This document shows positions 37,659-47,291 of a stretch of DNA of 64,000 nt, in pieces. Position 1 is the stretch's first letter. Each line of letters opens with the position of its first letter. A program made the position numbers and the translations under genes. Source of the stretch: an uncultured bacterium. GTDB taxonomy: Bacteria > Poribacteria > DTPJ01. A model generated the notes under the pieces. That model was not told the DNA's origin. It made no database searches and saw only the letters and a list, made by a program, of their open reading frames with translations. The stretch covers positions 32,006-96,005 of the forward strand of contig CAZMCH010000003.1 of assembly GCA_964564735.1 (NCBI GenBank). The letters run 5' to 3'.

Positions 37659-40256
37659 TTATTGTAATTTTTTTCCAAAATTATCTATAACTAGACCAAA
37701 ATCTAGTTCGTCAACCTTGCCATCTCGGTTAACATCTGGATTGTTTTCTTTTGGAAAATCAATCTTTCCAAAATATGTGCCGATAATAATAATATCTAAT
37801 ATATTTATTATCCCATCTTTATTTATGTCATACTTATTAGATGTAGCATTTATGGATATTTCGAACTTTACAGGTTCGCTTGTTGCAAATCCATCATCAG
37901 CAACGAAAGTAAAATTATCTGTTCCACTAAACCCATAATTTGGCTCATAGACTAAATCAGGAGGATTTCCGATTAGTTTTCCATTTGTCGGCTGAATAGT
38001 TATCCTGAAAGCTAAATTATCACCGTCAATATCACTTCCAGCGAGTTGTATATTAGCTTGTTCATCCTCTTTGATTGTTATAGATTGTGAATTTACTACT
38101 GGTGGATCATTTATTGGATTTATTGTTATATCAATTTTTGCCTCTTCGCTTTTTATCTTCCCATCATTAGCAATAAACATAAAACTATCAAAACCAAAGA
38201 AATCTAAGTTGGGTTGGTAAGTTATATTTGGCGGATTTCCGATTATGATACCATTTTCGGGATTTTTCGTAATCTCAAAAGTAAGTTGATCTAAATCCAC
38301 ATCATTTCCTGTCAGCAGAATGTCTATTGTTTTATCTTCATCTGTTTTAATCGCCTGATGATTTGCTATTGGTGGATCATTTATTGGATTTATTGTTATA
38401 TTAATTGTTGCAATGTTGCTTTCTAATAATACATCACTAACAGTAAAGTTAAGGCTATCTGTGCCATTATAATTTATATTTGGAGTATATATCAAATTAG
38501 GTGCATTTCCAGATACGATACCGTTTATAGGTGATTTGATAATTTTATACGTTAAAGGACTATTCTCAGGATCGCTACCAGTCAATACTATTGATACAGA
38601 AGTATCTTCGTCAATTTCAATTGACTTAGATTCTGCAACAGGGGGTTGATTTTGCTGACTTATCTCAACTTTAACACCATTATTAGCAAATATCTCTTTT
38701 AAATCCTCCAAACGACCATAATTATTCTTCTGCCAATTTTCCCATAAATCAGTTATCTTTTTGGGTTTATTTTTCGCCATTATGTCCCATAATTCAACAA
38801 TCATTCCGCTAATATTATCATCATCTATATCAGGTGCTTCATCAATGCTCTGGGCAGTATCTGCTATATCCCATAGAATACTTGCAACAGAACCTTCAAC
38901 GATTTCGCCGTCAGTGTTAGTGCCTTCTTTTCCTTTCCACCATTCGTTATATTCGATATTTGGTGTATTTCGATTAGAAAACTGGATATAGTTAAACGCA
39001 CTATCATCAAATAATGCCTCGCAAAATTCCGCCCACCCCTCACTCATGGCAAATGCGGGATCAGATACCGTCCTTGCACCATGTTTTCCTAGACCATCTT
39101 CACCTTTGAAATTGCTTTTTGGAAGATTATTTTGATTATAGCCATATAAAGCCATCATTATTGAGTGACCGTATTCATGAAAAAATGTTGTCCGATCCCA
39201 TTGACTTTTTATTGTAATACGCATTACCTCATATGTTACTCGTCCTGTATTTATGATATAGCTATAATTATAACTTGCATATTCGCTATTATAAGGCCAT
39301 ATTATTGGAAGTTTATTTCTATTCCAGTTTAGTTTTTGTTTAAGAAAATCATAAGCCTGTAGGGCGGTATTAAAAATATTGCCTAGTGGCCTTTGTTGGT
39401 TTGCCTCATTTAGTAGATAATCGCTAATAAGCAAACCAGCAGATACATTCTGTATAATAGGTAAGTCAAATACATAAATTTTATCTTTATCGTCTGTAAT
39501 CTTGATATATTCATTCTCAAAAACGATCTTTGGCATAAGATTTTTTACAGCGCCATCATCAAGTTTTGGTGCGTTTGTCCCATCAAAAACATAAAAACCG
39601 TCGTTATCTGTTTGAGTTGTTCCTAATAATTCCATAGAATTGTTTTGTCTAATTTCATATAATAAAACCTTAAGATTTTTTATAGGGACTGTTCGGGTAA
39701 GGTTATCGTTATAGTATTTAATATTGCCTTGTATTGATAACGTTCCCATCGCCTTTGCTAATTCTGGAGGGGCAAGACTAGCTATATAGTTATCAATGCC
39801 ATTTTCACTTGGTGTAAGATAATTTGTGCTATTTGTTATCTTTGAATCGTTTTCGGTAACTATTAAATATGTAAAGAAATGTTCCGCCTTTGTATTGTCA
39901 TAGATTTTAGCATATACAGATGCTTGAAGGACGTAAACTCCTGTTTTAAGAATTGCGATCTCTGTGGAATAGCGATTTGACATACCTCTATTATAGTATG
40001 GTTCTGTAAATGATGAATTGCCTAATATCGATATTCCAGAAGGCATCCTAAAAACGATATTCGTTGTTCCGCAATCGTCTGATATTGCAGTCAAATCAAG
40101 TATTATAGTCGCTTTTTCTCCAACTTTTGGATTATTGGAGAGAGTTAAATTTCCATCAAATAAAGCTTCTTTGTAACCAACACTTCCAAAAGAAGATAAA
40201 GGTAAAAAGGCAAATAACAATATGAAATAAAATAAAAATATATTAACAAATTTCAT
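37659..40256 (-). CDS. Secreted gluzincin metallopeptidase (Peptidase_MA-like) with three tandem-95 Ig-like repeats and a C-terminal dockerin
   Basis: Signal peptide MKFVNIFLFYFILLFAFLPLSSF. HEYGH (nt 39165-39179) followed by SEGWAEF. Three repeats of about 95 aa (INDPP..N...I...ED....I.L.G.D.D...L.F.I...P.NG...G..P...Y.PN..F.G.D.F.F...D). Dockerin DINKDGIINILD...DVNRDGKVDELD. Confidence 0.75.
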   Translation of the reverse strand: MKFVNIFLFYFILLFAFLPLSSFGSVGYKEALFDGNLTLSNNPKVGEKATIILDLTAISDDCGTTNIVFRMPSGISILGNSSFTEPYYNRGMSNRYSTEIAILKTGVYVLQASVYAKIYDNTKAEHFFTYLIVTENDSKITNSTNYLTPSENGIDNYIASLAPPELAKAMGTLSIQGNIKYYNDNLTRTVPIKNLKVLLYEIRQNNSMELLGTTQTDNDGFYVFDGTNAPKLDDGAVKNLMPKIVFENEYIKITDDKDKIYVFDLPIIQNVSAGLLISDYLLNEANQQRPLGNIFNTALQAYDFLKQKLNWNRNKLPIIWPYNSEYASYNYSYIINTGRVTYEVMRITIKSQWDRTTFFHEYGHSIMMALYGYNQNNLPKSNFKGEDGLGKHGARTVSDPAFAMSEGWAEFCEALFDDSAFNYIQFSNRNTPNIEYNEWWKGKEGTNTDGEIVEGSVASILWDIADTAQSIDEAPDIDDDNISGMIVELWDIMAKNKPKKITDLWENWQKNNYGRLEDLKEIFANNGVKVEISQQNQPPVAESKSIEIDEDTSVSIVLTGSDPENSPLTYKIIKSPINGIVSGNAPNLIYTPNINYNGTDSLNFTVSDVLLESNIATINITINPINDPPIANHQAIKTDEDKTIDILLTGNDVDLDQLTFEITKNPENGIIIGNPPNITYQPNLDFFGFDSFMFIANDGKIKSEEAKIDITINPINDPPVVNSQSITIKEDEQANIQLAGSDIDGDNLAFRITIQPTNGKLIGNPPDLVYEPNYGFSGTDNFTFVADDGFATSEPVKFEISINATSNKYDINKDGIINILDIIIIGTYFGKIDFPKENNPDVNRDGKVDELDFGLVIDNFGKKLQ
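37870..38660 (-). repeat. DNA-level repeats encoding the three tandem-95 domains
   Basis: For example GGTGGATCATTTATTGGATTTATTGTTATA occurs at about 38100 and again at about 38370 (period about 270-285 bp). Confidence 0.7.
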
Positions 40257-40435
40257 TGTGTCCTCCATTTATAAATATAATAAGAAATAAATCTATATTT
40301 ATTATATATATTCTATGGTTGTTTGTCTATATAATAGACCCAATTTTTATTGACCAAAATAAAAAAGTCTGTTATTATTAAGCCTGTCTGGAAATAAAAT
40401 ATATTTCAATAAAATCAAACAGGTGGAAGGATGCT

Positions 40436-41146
40436 ATGGCAAATGAAGCAGAACTAAAAATAAAAGAAATTATACAAAGGACTCACAATGTAACAAGCTT
40501 TCGTCTAAAAGTTGATGAAGATATTGAATTCAAAGCTGGTCAATATATGATGGTTATTCTTGATTCAAATGGAGAAGAGATATATAGGTATCTTTCTATA
40601 TCAAATTCCCCAACAGAAAAGGGCTATCTTGAATTTACAAAAAAGCTAACTAATAGTGATTTTTCCGCAAAATTAAAGGAATTAAAAGTTGGTGACAAGG
40701 TAAAAATAAAATATGCCTTTGGTAAATTCACTTTTAGTGGAGAATACAATAAAATTGCATTTCTATCAGGTGGGATTGGAATTACGCCTATACGAAGCAT
40801 AACAAAATATGTGGTTGATAAAAATCTTGGAACAGATATGGTATTACTTTATGGCAATCAGGCAATTGGTGATGTCGCTTTTAGGGAAGATTTTGAGCAA
40901 ATGCAAAGTAATTATCCAAAATTTCGGATTGAGCATGTGCTTTGTGATGATACTAATTGTAATTTGCCTGTTAAGCTTGGTTTTATTACAAAAGATATAA
41001 TACTAGAATGTCTGCCTGATTATTCAGAAAGAAAATTTTTTATCTGTGGTCCTCCTGGGATGGTTGATGCGATGAAGAAAATATTGCTAGATGAAATAGG
41101 TTTGACGAAAGACTATATCATTGAGGAGAATTTCAAAGGCTATTGA
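40436..41146 (+). CDS. FNR-type FAD/NAD(P)-binding oxidoreductase (ferredoxin reductase-like)
   Basis: 236 aa. FAD motif RYLSIS (R-x-Y-S). NAD(P) motif FLSGGIGITP. C-terminal FICGPPGM. Confidence 0.7.
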   Translation: MANEAELKIKEIIQRTHNVTSFRLKVDEDIEFKAGQYMMVILDSNGEEIYRYLSISNSPTEKGYLEFTKKLTNSDFSAKLKELKVGDKVKIKYAFGKFTFSGEYNKIAFLSGGIGITPIRSITKYVVDKNLGTDMVLLYGNQAIGDVAFREDFEQMQSNYPKFRIEHVLCDDTNCNLPVKLGFITKDIILECLPDYSERKFFICGPPGMVDAMKKILLDEIGLTKDYIIEENFKGY

Positions 41147-41147
41147 T

Positions 41148-41693
41148 ATGAGTTTATGGGAAATAATTGTTCTTGCTGTTGTTTTGGGAATTGATGCTGC
41201 TTCTGTTGCAATGGCTATTGGTGCTTGCGGATGTTCATTTAAGCAAGGTTGTCGTTTGAGTTTGTTCTTTGGTCTTTTTCAGTTTATTATGCCAATAATA
41301 GGTTGGTTCTTGGGAAAAACTGTAGTATCCTTTGTGCAAAGCTTTGATCATTGGATTGCTTTTGGCTTACTATTTATTATTGGTGTTAAAATGCTTTATG
41401 AAGCATTTAAGCATGATGAAGATACTATTGAGTGTGATCGCACAACTGGTTGGAGTGTTATTGCATTGTCTATTGCAACAAGCATTGACGCATTAGGGGC
41501 TGGATTAGGAATGGGTATACTTAATACATCAATGCTTTATCCTAGCACAATTATTGGGATAACAGCAGCAATTATGACCTTTGTTGGCGTAAAGCTTGGA
41601 GGTGTTCTTTCTGCTGTTGTTGGTAAGCGCATGGAAGCCATCGGAGGCATCGTATTAATCGGGCTTGGAATTAAAATGCTACTTACTGTGTGA
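41148..41693 (+). CDS. mntP: Manganese efflux pump MntP family (DUF204 x2)
   Basis: 181 aa from the ATG at 41148. Two DUF204 halves with LGIDAASVAMAIG and SIDALGAGLGMG. Six TM segments. Confidence 0.7.
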   Translation: MSLWEIIVLAVVLGIDAASVAMAIGACGCSFKQGCRLSLFFGLFQFIMPIIGWFLGKTVVSFVQSFDHWIAFGLLFIIGVKMLYEAFKHDEDTIECDRTTGWSVIALSIATSIDALGAGLGMGILNTSMLYPSTIIGITAAIMTFVGVKLGGVLSAVVGKRMEAIGGIVLIGLGIKMLLTV

Positions 41694-42447
41694 TAAATGG
41701 CTCAAGCATTTTGATAATTTCGTCATGGAATACGCCATTTGACGACACATATCCTTCGTTGTATATATTCCATTTTGTGCCGTCAAGTTTTGTGATTCTT
41801 CCTCCAGATTCTTCAACCATCAAGCCTCCAGCGGCATAGTCCCAAGGCTTATCGCCATATTCAATCTGAAGGTCGGCACTACCTTTTGCAACATAGGTCA
41901 AATGCCTTGTTGATGCACCAAAAACCCTTATATTGAATATCTTTGTAACAAGGTTAGCGAGAAATTTTGTTCTTACTTCAGTTCCAACATAGAGTCCGCT
42001 ATCGTATATTGCCAAAGCGTTTTTCATGCCTCTGTCTGAAACATGGATGCGCTCATCATTGAGATATGCACCTTTGCCTTTTTCTGCCCAATAAAGCTCA
42101 TTTGTTGATGGCATATTGATAACACCCAATATTATCTCACCTTTATAATCGAGTGCTATTGATACACCAAACATATTGATACCATATATATAATTATGTG
42201 TCCCGTCAAGAGGATCAATCACCCATCTATAATCAGAAGAATTATCATGCACACCCGATTCTTCACATAGTATATCATGATCGGGATATTTGTTTTTGAT
42301 GATTTCAATGATCTTTTTCTCAGATGCAAGGTCAACGTTACTAACGAGTTCCCTCTCGCCTTTTTTGTCAACCTGTTTAATTTTCTGGAAGTTCTCAAAT
42401 AGAATATCTCCAGCTTCTTTTGCTGCTTTTATAGCTGTATCTTTCAT
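41683..42447 (-). CDS. Inositol monophosphatase family protein (SuhB-like)
   Basis: 254 aa. Motifs ILCEESG, WVIDPLDGTHNY and WDYAAG are the IMPase signatures. Confidence 0.85.
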   Translation of the reverse strand: MKDTAIKAAKEAGDILFENFQKIKQVDKKGERELVSNVDLASEKKIIEIIKNKYPDHDILCEESGVHDNSSDYRWVIDPLDGTHNYIYGINMFGVSIALDYKGEIILGVINMPSTNELYWAEKGKGAYLNDERIHVSDRGMKNALAIYDSGLYVGTEVRTKFLANLVTKIFNIRVFGASTRHLTYVAKGSADLQIEYGDKPWDYAAGGLMVEESGGRITKLDGTKWNIYNEGYVSSNGVFHDEIIKMLEPFITQ

Positions 42448-42459
42448 TATTTATCTCCA
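42410..42459. repeat. Copy A of a 50-bp direct repeat (Shine-Dalgarno plus first 13 codons of suhB-like gene)
   Basis: CCAGCTTCTTTTGCTGCTTTTATAGCTGTATCTTTCATTATTTATCTCCA. Identical at 49/50 to 43244-43293. Confidence 0.9.
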
Positions 42460-42461
42460 TT

Positions 42462-42875
42462 TTATTTATATGGCAATTCCAGCATCTTTATATCGTCTTT
42501 GAGACAGATAAATTCAGGGTCTTTATGAACTAAAATCGCATCAAGCATCAATGCAGTAGCGGCGATCCAAGCATCTGCAAATGAAAGCTTGTGAATAGCT
42601 TTTAGCTTTCCAGCCTTCAGACTCAAATCTATTGATGAATCTATTCTTATGATTTTTAGTTTACTCATCATATCAAAGCGTTGTAGAGCTATTTGCTCTC
42701 CTTCTCTTTGATACGTTGTATAAAATATTTCAGTATAGGAAACAAAAGAGGCAAAAATATCAATTTGATTATCCAGTGTCTTGAATAGCAGATCTCGAAT
42801 AATCGTAGCACCGTCCTCTCTTTCAAAAAGTGTCAAAAAAGCCGAACTATCAAATATATACCTATCTTTTTCCAA
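42462..42875 (-). CDS. vapC: PIN-domain toxin (VapC family)
   Basis: YIFDSSAFLTLFE (first acidic residue), FASFVSYTEI and FADAWIAATA are typical of PIN. Likely TTG start at 42875 overlapping the antitoxin stop by 14 nt. The listed ORF extends to 42917. Confidence 0.7.
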   Translation of the reverse strand: MEKDRYIFDSSAFLTLFEREDGATIIRDLLFKTLDNQIDIFASFVSYTEIFYTTYQREGEQIALQRFDMMSKLKIIRIDSSIDLSLKAGKLKAIHKLSFADAWIAATALMLDAILVHKDPEFICLKDDIKMLELPYK

Positions 42876-43119
42876 ACTTTGCTTCCTCAAGTTCCAGATC
42901 CTCTCTTCTTGATTCAAGTAATTTCTGTGTTAGATTTTTCCCTTTTGAGCATCCGGTTAACGCATTTATTAGTGTGATCTGCTCCGCGATTTCCTTATTT
43001 TCCGATTGTTTATCAACAAATGTTATTATGACATCATATTTATCATCAAAAGGTATTTTTTCTAAGGGTTTTATCTCTTTCCCGTCGTATATTCCCTTGA
43101 TAACTAACAAATTAATCAC
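42862..43119 (-). CDS. Putative VapB-type antitoxin
   Basis: 85 aa, directly upstream of and overlapping the PIN gene. Acidic C-terminus. Family not recognised with confidence. Confidence 0.5.
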   Translation of the reverse strand: MINLLVIKGIYDGKEIKPLEKIPFDDKYDVIITFVDKQSENKEIAEQITLINALTGCSKGKNLTQKLLESRREDLELEEAKFGKR

Positions 43120-43125
43120 CTCATT

Positions 43126-43281
43126 TCAATAACCCAATAAACGTAAATAATCTCTATTTCTCTTAATAGCGGAAATACCATCCTGACGGGCAAAATCGGA
43201 TTCTTCCTCTGCAACGACCCAGTCATCATATCCAATAGAATAACCAGCTTCTTTTGCTGCTTTTATAGCTATATCTTTCAT
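43126..43281 (-). CDS. Chimeric 51-codon ORF: duplicated suhB N-terminus (MKDIAIKAAKEAG) fused to unrelated sequence
   Basis: Not in the ORF track (under 60 aa). Hand translation: MKDIAIKAAKEAGYSIGYDDWVVAEEESDFARQDGISAIKRNRDYLRLLGY*. Its Shine-Dalgarno and first 13 codons come from repeat copy B. Confidence 0.3.
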   Translation of the reverse strand: MKDIAIKAAKEAGYSIGYDDWVVAEEESDFARQDGISAIKRNRDYLRLLGY

Positions 43282-43293
43282 TATTTATCTCCA
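43244..43293. repeat. Copy B of the 50-bp direct repeat
   Basis: 49/50 identical to 42410-42459 (single G/A difference). Confidence 0.9.
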
Positions 43294-43297
43294 AAGG

Positions 43298-44338
43298 TTA
43301 TATTTCGACCATAACTTTAATACACGTTCCAGCATGTTTACTTGGATATTCAAGAGCCTCTTGAACTTTGTCAAGCGGAAATCTTGTCGTTATCATTGAT
43401 TTGACATCAACTTTACCTTTGCTAACCGAATTTATCGCAGGTTTATAGGCATTAGCATATCTGAATATTGTTTTAATATCAATTTCCTTGCATATCGCCT
43501 CAACGACTCTCAATGGAATATCATCAACGGTTGGCATTCCAATAAAAACTATTGTTGCGCCGGGCTTTGCCATCTTTATTGTTTGTTGGATAGTTACAGG
43601 CGCACCAACAGCCTCCATCACGACGTCAGCACCACCATTAGTTAGCTCAAGAACTCTCTGAACAGCGTCAGTTTCCTTTGCATTGATCGTATAGGTTGCA
43701 CCAAGTTTCTTAGCAAGATCGAGTCTGAATGGCTCAAGGTCGGTGATAATAACGTCAGTTGCGCCTCTTGCCTTGACAGCCTGAAGAGTCATTAGTCCGA
43801 TTGTTCCTGCGCCAATTATTGCAACTGTATTTCTGATATTTACATTTCCTCTTTCAGCAGCATAAGTTCCAACAGACAAAGGCTCTATCATCGCCCCTTC
43901 TTCGTAACTCATATTATCTGGTAGCTTGAAGAGAAAATCCTCTGCATGAGTCATGTATTCCCTATATGCCCCATGAAATGGAGGCGTCGCAAGGAAAGTT
44001 ACATCTTTACAAAGATTATATCTTCCAGTTCGGCAATACTCACATTTTCTACATGGAACGCCTGCTTCAACCGCTACTCTATCACCGATTTTTACTTTAC
44101 TAACATTCCTGCCTATCTCAACAACCTCACCTGCGCACTCATGACCAAGAATCAAAGGTTCTTTTACGATAAAATCACCGATTCTTCCTACTTCAAAAAA
44201 ATGCACATCTGATCCACATACGCCAACAGCCTTGATTTTTAGCAAAGCCTCGTTATCTTTTGGTTCAGGTACATCCATATCTTCGATTCTAATATCACCG
44301 GGTTTATATAAAAATGCGGCTTTCATCTTTTTTGCCAT
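43298..44338 (-). CDS. Zinc-dependent medium-chain dehydrogenase (sorbitol/L-iditol dehydrogenase-like)
   Basis: 346 aa. GVCGSDVHFFEVGRIGDFIVKEPLILGHECAGEV. Structural zinc cysteines CRKCEYCRTGRYNLC. Rossmann IIGAGTIG. Confidence 0.8.
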   Translation of the reverse strand: MAKKMKAAFLYKPGDIRIEDMDVPEPKDNEALLKIKAVGVCGSDVHFFEVGRIGDFIVKEPLILGHECAGEVVEIGRNVSKVKIGDRVAVEAGVPCRKCEYCRTGRYNLCKDVTFLATPPFHGAYREYMTHAEDFLFKLPDNMSYEEGAMIEPLSVGTYAAERGNVNIRNTVAIIGAGTIGLMTLQAVKARGATDVIITDLEPFRLDLAKKLGATYTINAKETDAVQRVLELTNGGADVVMEAVGAPVTIQQTIKMAKPGATIVFIGMPTVDDIPLRVVEAICKEIDIKTIFRYANAYKPAINSVSKGKVDVKSMITTRFPLDKVQEALEYPSKHAGTCIKVMVEI

Positions 44339-44357
44339 AATTTAACCCTCCATTTCT

Positions 44358-45260
44358 CTATTTGCCTTTTCTTTTAGACAGATACACAGATAAAGCATAA
44401 TCAAATGGAACAGATGTATCCATCAAAATATAATCTATTGAACTTTCATTGCATCCTTTTCTATATTCATCAATTAATTGTTTCATTCTTTGTAAATACT
44501 CATTTTTCAGGAAATCTGCCTCTACGGTCAGTTGTCCTTGTGTCTCAAGGTCTCTAAACTGAACATAACCATCATAGGGAAAAGTAAGTTCAGCAGGATC
44601 CAAGATATGAAAAACTATAACTTCGTGCTTCTTATGTCTGAATTGCCTTAATGAAGTCAATACTTTGGCTGGATCATCAAGAAGGTCAGAAATTATTATA
44701 ACCAGACCACGCCTGACAATCCTTTGTGCAAGTTCATTAAATGTTGTGCTAATATTGGTTTCTTTTCCTGGGGCAGATTTCTCTAATTCAGAAATAATTG
44801 CGTGCAGGTGCGAAACGCCATTTCTTGGTGGAATATAACTATTTAGTTTGTCATCGAAGGTCACAAGACCAACAGAATCACGCTGTTTAAGCATCAAATA
44901 AGTCATTGATGCAGATAAATAACATCCATATTCCAATTTTGTTAGTGCATTTTGCGATTCATTGCTTTTGAAACCCATTGACCCGCTTGTATCAAGAATT
45001 AAATAACTTCGAAGGTTAGTTTCTTCTTCGAATTTTTTAATATAATATCTATCGGATTTCCCGTAAACTCTCCAATCAATATATCTTATTTCATCACCGG
45101 GCATATATTGTCTATGCTCTACAAATTCAACGCTGAATCCCTGATATGGACTTTTGTGCATCCCAGAAATGAAGCCTTCAACAACAAGCCTTGCAGCAAC
45201 TTCCATCCCTGCAAGTCTTGAAAGTGCATTCGGGTCCAGATAATTTCTTTTTTCTTCCAT
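44358..45260 (-). CDS. DUF58 domain protein (vWA-like, usually MoxR-associated)
   Basis: 300 aa. SPYQGFSVEFVEHRQYMPGDEIRYIDWRVYGKSDRYYIKKFEEE is the DUF58 signature. Confidence 0.75.
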   Translation of the reverse strand: MEEKRNYLDPNALSRLAGMEVAARLVVEGFISGMHKSPYQGFSVEFVEHRQYMPGDEIRYIDWRVYGKSDRYYIKKFEEETNLRSYLILDTSGSMGFKSNESQNALTKLEYGCYLSASMTYLMLKQRDSVGLVTFDDKLNSYIPPRNGVSHLHAIISELEKSAPGKETNISTTFNELAQRIVRRGLVIIISDLLDDPAKVLTSLRQFRHKKHEVIVFHILDPAELTFPYDGYVQFRDLETQGQLTVEADFLKNEYLQRMKQLIDEYRKGCNESSIDYILMDTSVPFDYALSVYLSKRKGK

Positions 45261-45290
45261 AACAAATCCTTATATGACTATGTAAAATTC

Positions 45291-46472
<1,182 letters not shown>

Positions 46473-46490
46473 CTATTTGTGCATTTCATA

Positions 46491-46519
46491 TTGACGAAAA
46501 TAATCAACTAGGTTATCAT
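46491..46519 (+). promoter_or_regulatory. Sigma70-type promoter upstream of the PDO gene
   Basis: TTGACG (46491-46496), 17 nt, TATCAT (46514-46519). Confidence 0.45.
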
Positions 46520-46521
46520 AA

Positions 46522-46545
46522 AATCATTATAAATGATTATCATTT
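46522..46545. promoter_or_regulatory. Fur-family (Fur/PerR/Zur-like) operator candidate
   Basis: Overlapping perfect palindromes AATCATT-ATA-AATGATT (46522-46538) and AAATGAT-T-ATCATTT (46531-46545). The core AATGATTATCATT equals the centre of the classical Fur box GATAATGATwATCATTATC. It sits immediately downstream of the -10. Confidence 0.45.
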
Positions 46546-46637
46546 AATAAGGGAATATACTGATAAGTCTGCCTGTTTTTGAGATTGAGTCAAATATAAA
46601 TTATAAATACAATTTTATAGGATTTCAGGAGGAAAAA

Positions 46638-47282
46638 ATGGGGTTAATAAAAGAAGAACAACAAAAGCAATTAAAGGAACTTTTCAAAAAACTCAAGGGA
46701 AATGTCAAGCTTATATTCTTTACTCAAGAGATGGAATGTCCGTTTTGTAAAGAAACAAGGGAATTATTGGAGGATGTTTCATCTTTATCGAATGGAAAAA
46801 TTTCCCTTACTATATATGATTTTGTGGAAAACAAAGACGAGGTTGAAAAATATAAGATAGATAAAATCCCTGCAACAGTGATTGAAGGCGAAAAGGACTA
46901 TGGCATAAGGTTTTATGGGATACCAGCAGGATACGAATTTACTTCTTTGATAACTAGCATAATGGCGGTATCAAATAATAATTCAGGGCTTTCAAAAGAT
47001 ACAAAGGAAGCGTTAAAGAAGCTAACCGATCCAGTGCTTATTCAGGTATTCATTACGCTTACTTGTCCTTATTGTCCAAAAGCGGTAGAAATGGCTCATA
47101 GGCTTGCAATGGAAAGCGATCTTATAACTGCTGAAATGGTTGAATCATCTGAATTTCCAATACTCGTGCAAAAACATAATGTTATGAGTGTGCCGAGAGT
47201 TATAATAAATGACAAAGTTGATTTTGAAGGAGCTTTGCCAGAAAAAGACTTTGTAGAGAATTTATTGAAAGTATTGGAATAA
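46638..47282 (+). CDS. Protein disulfide oxidoreductase (PDO), two thioredoxin-fold units, glutaredoxin-like
   Basis: 214 aa with two CxxC sites (CPFC and CPYC) spaced as in archaeal/thermophile-type PDO. Confidence 0.7.
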   Translation: MGLIKEEQQKQLKELFKKLKGNVKLIFFTQEMECPFCKETRELLEDVSSLSNGKISLTIYDFVENKDEVEKYKIDKIPATVIEGEKDYGIRFYGIPAGYEFTSLITSIMAVSNNNSGLSKDTKEALKKLTDPVLIQVFITLTCPYCPKAVEMAHRLAMESDLITAEMVESSEFPILVQKHNVMSVPRVIINDKVDFEGALPEKDFVENLLKVLE

Positions 47283-47291
47283 AGGCGGTGG

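Noticed and set aside
37618-37938. A plus-strand 106-aa ORF overlaps the 3' end of the dockerin protease gene.
   Set aside because: It is antisense to the well-supported dockerin-coding region and is Ser/Phe/Leu-rich low complexity.
40809-41000. Short listed ORFs nested in alternative frames of supported genes (40809-41000, 25921-26142, 58711-58896, 59952-60137).
   Set aside because: These are same-strand out-of-frame ORFs inside strongly supported genes (FNR-like reductase, GT4, UroD paralog, methyltransferase) with no independent evidence.
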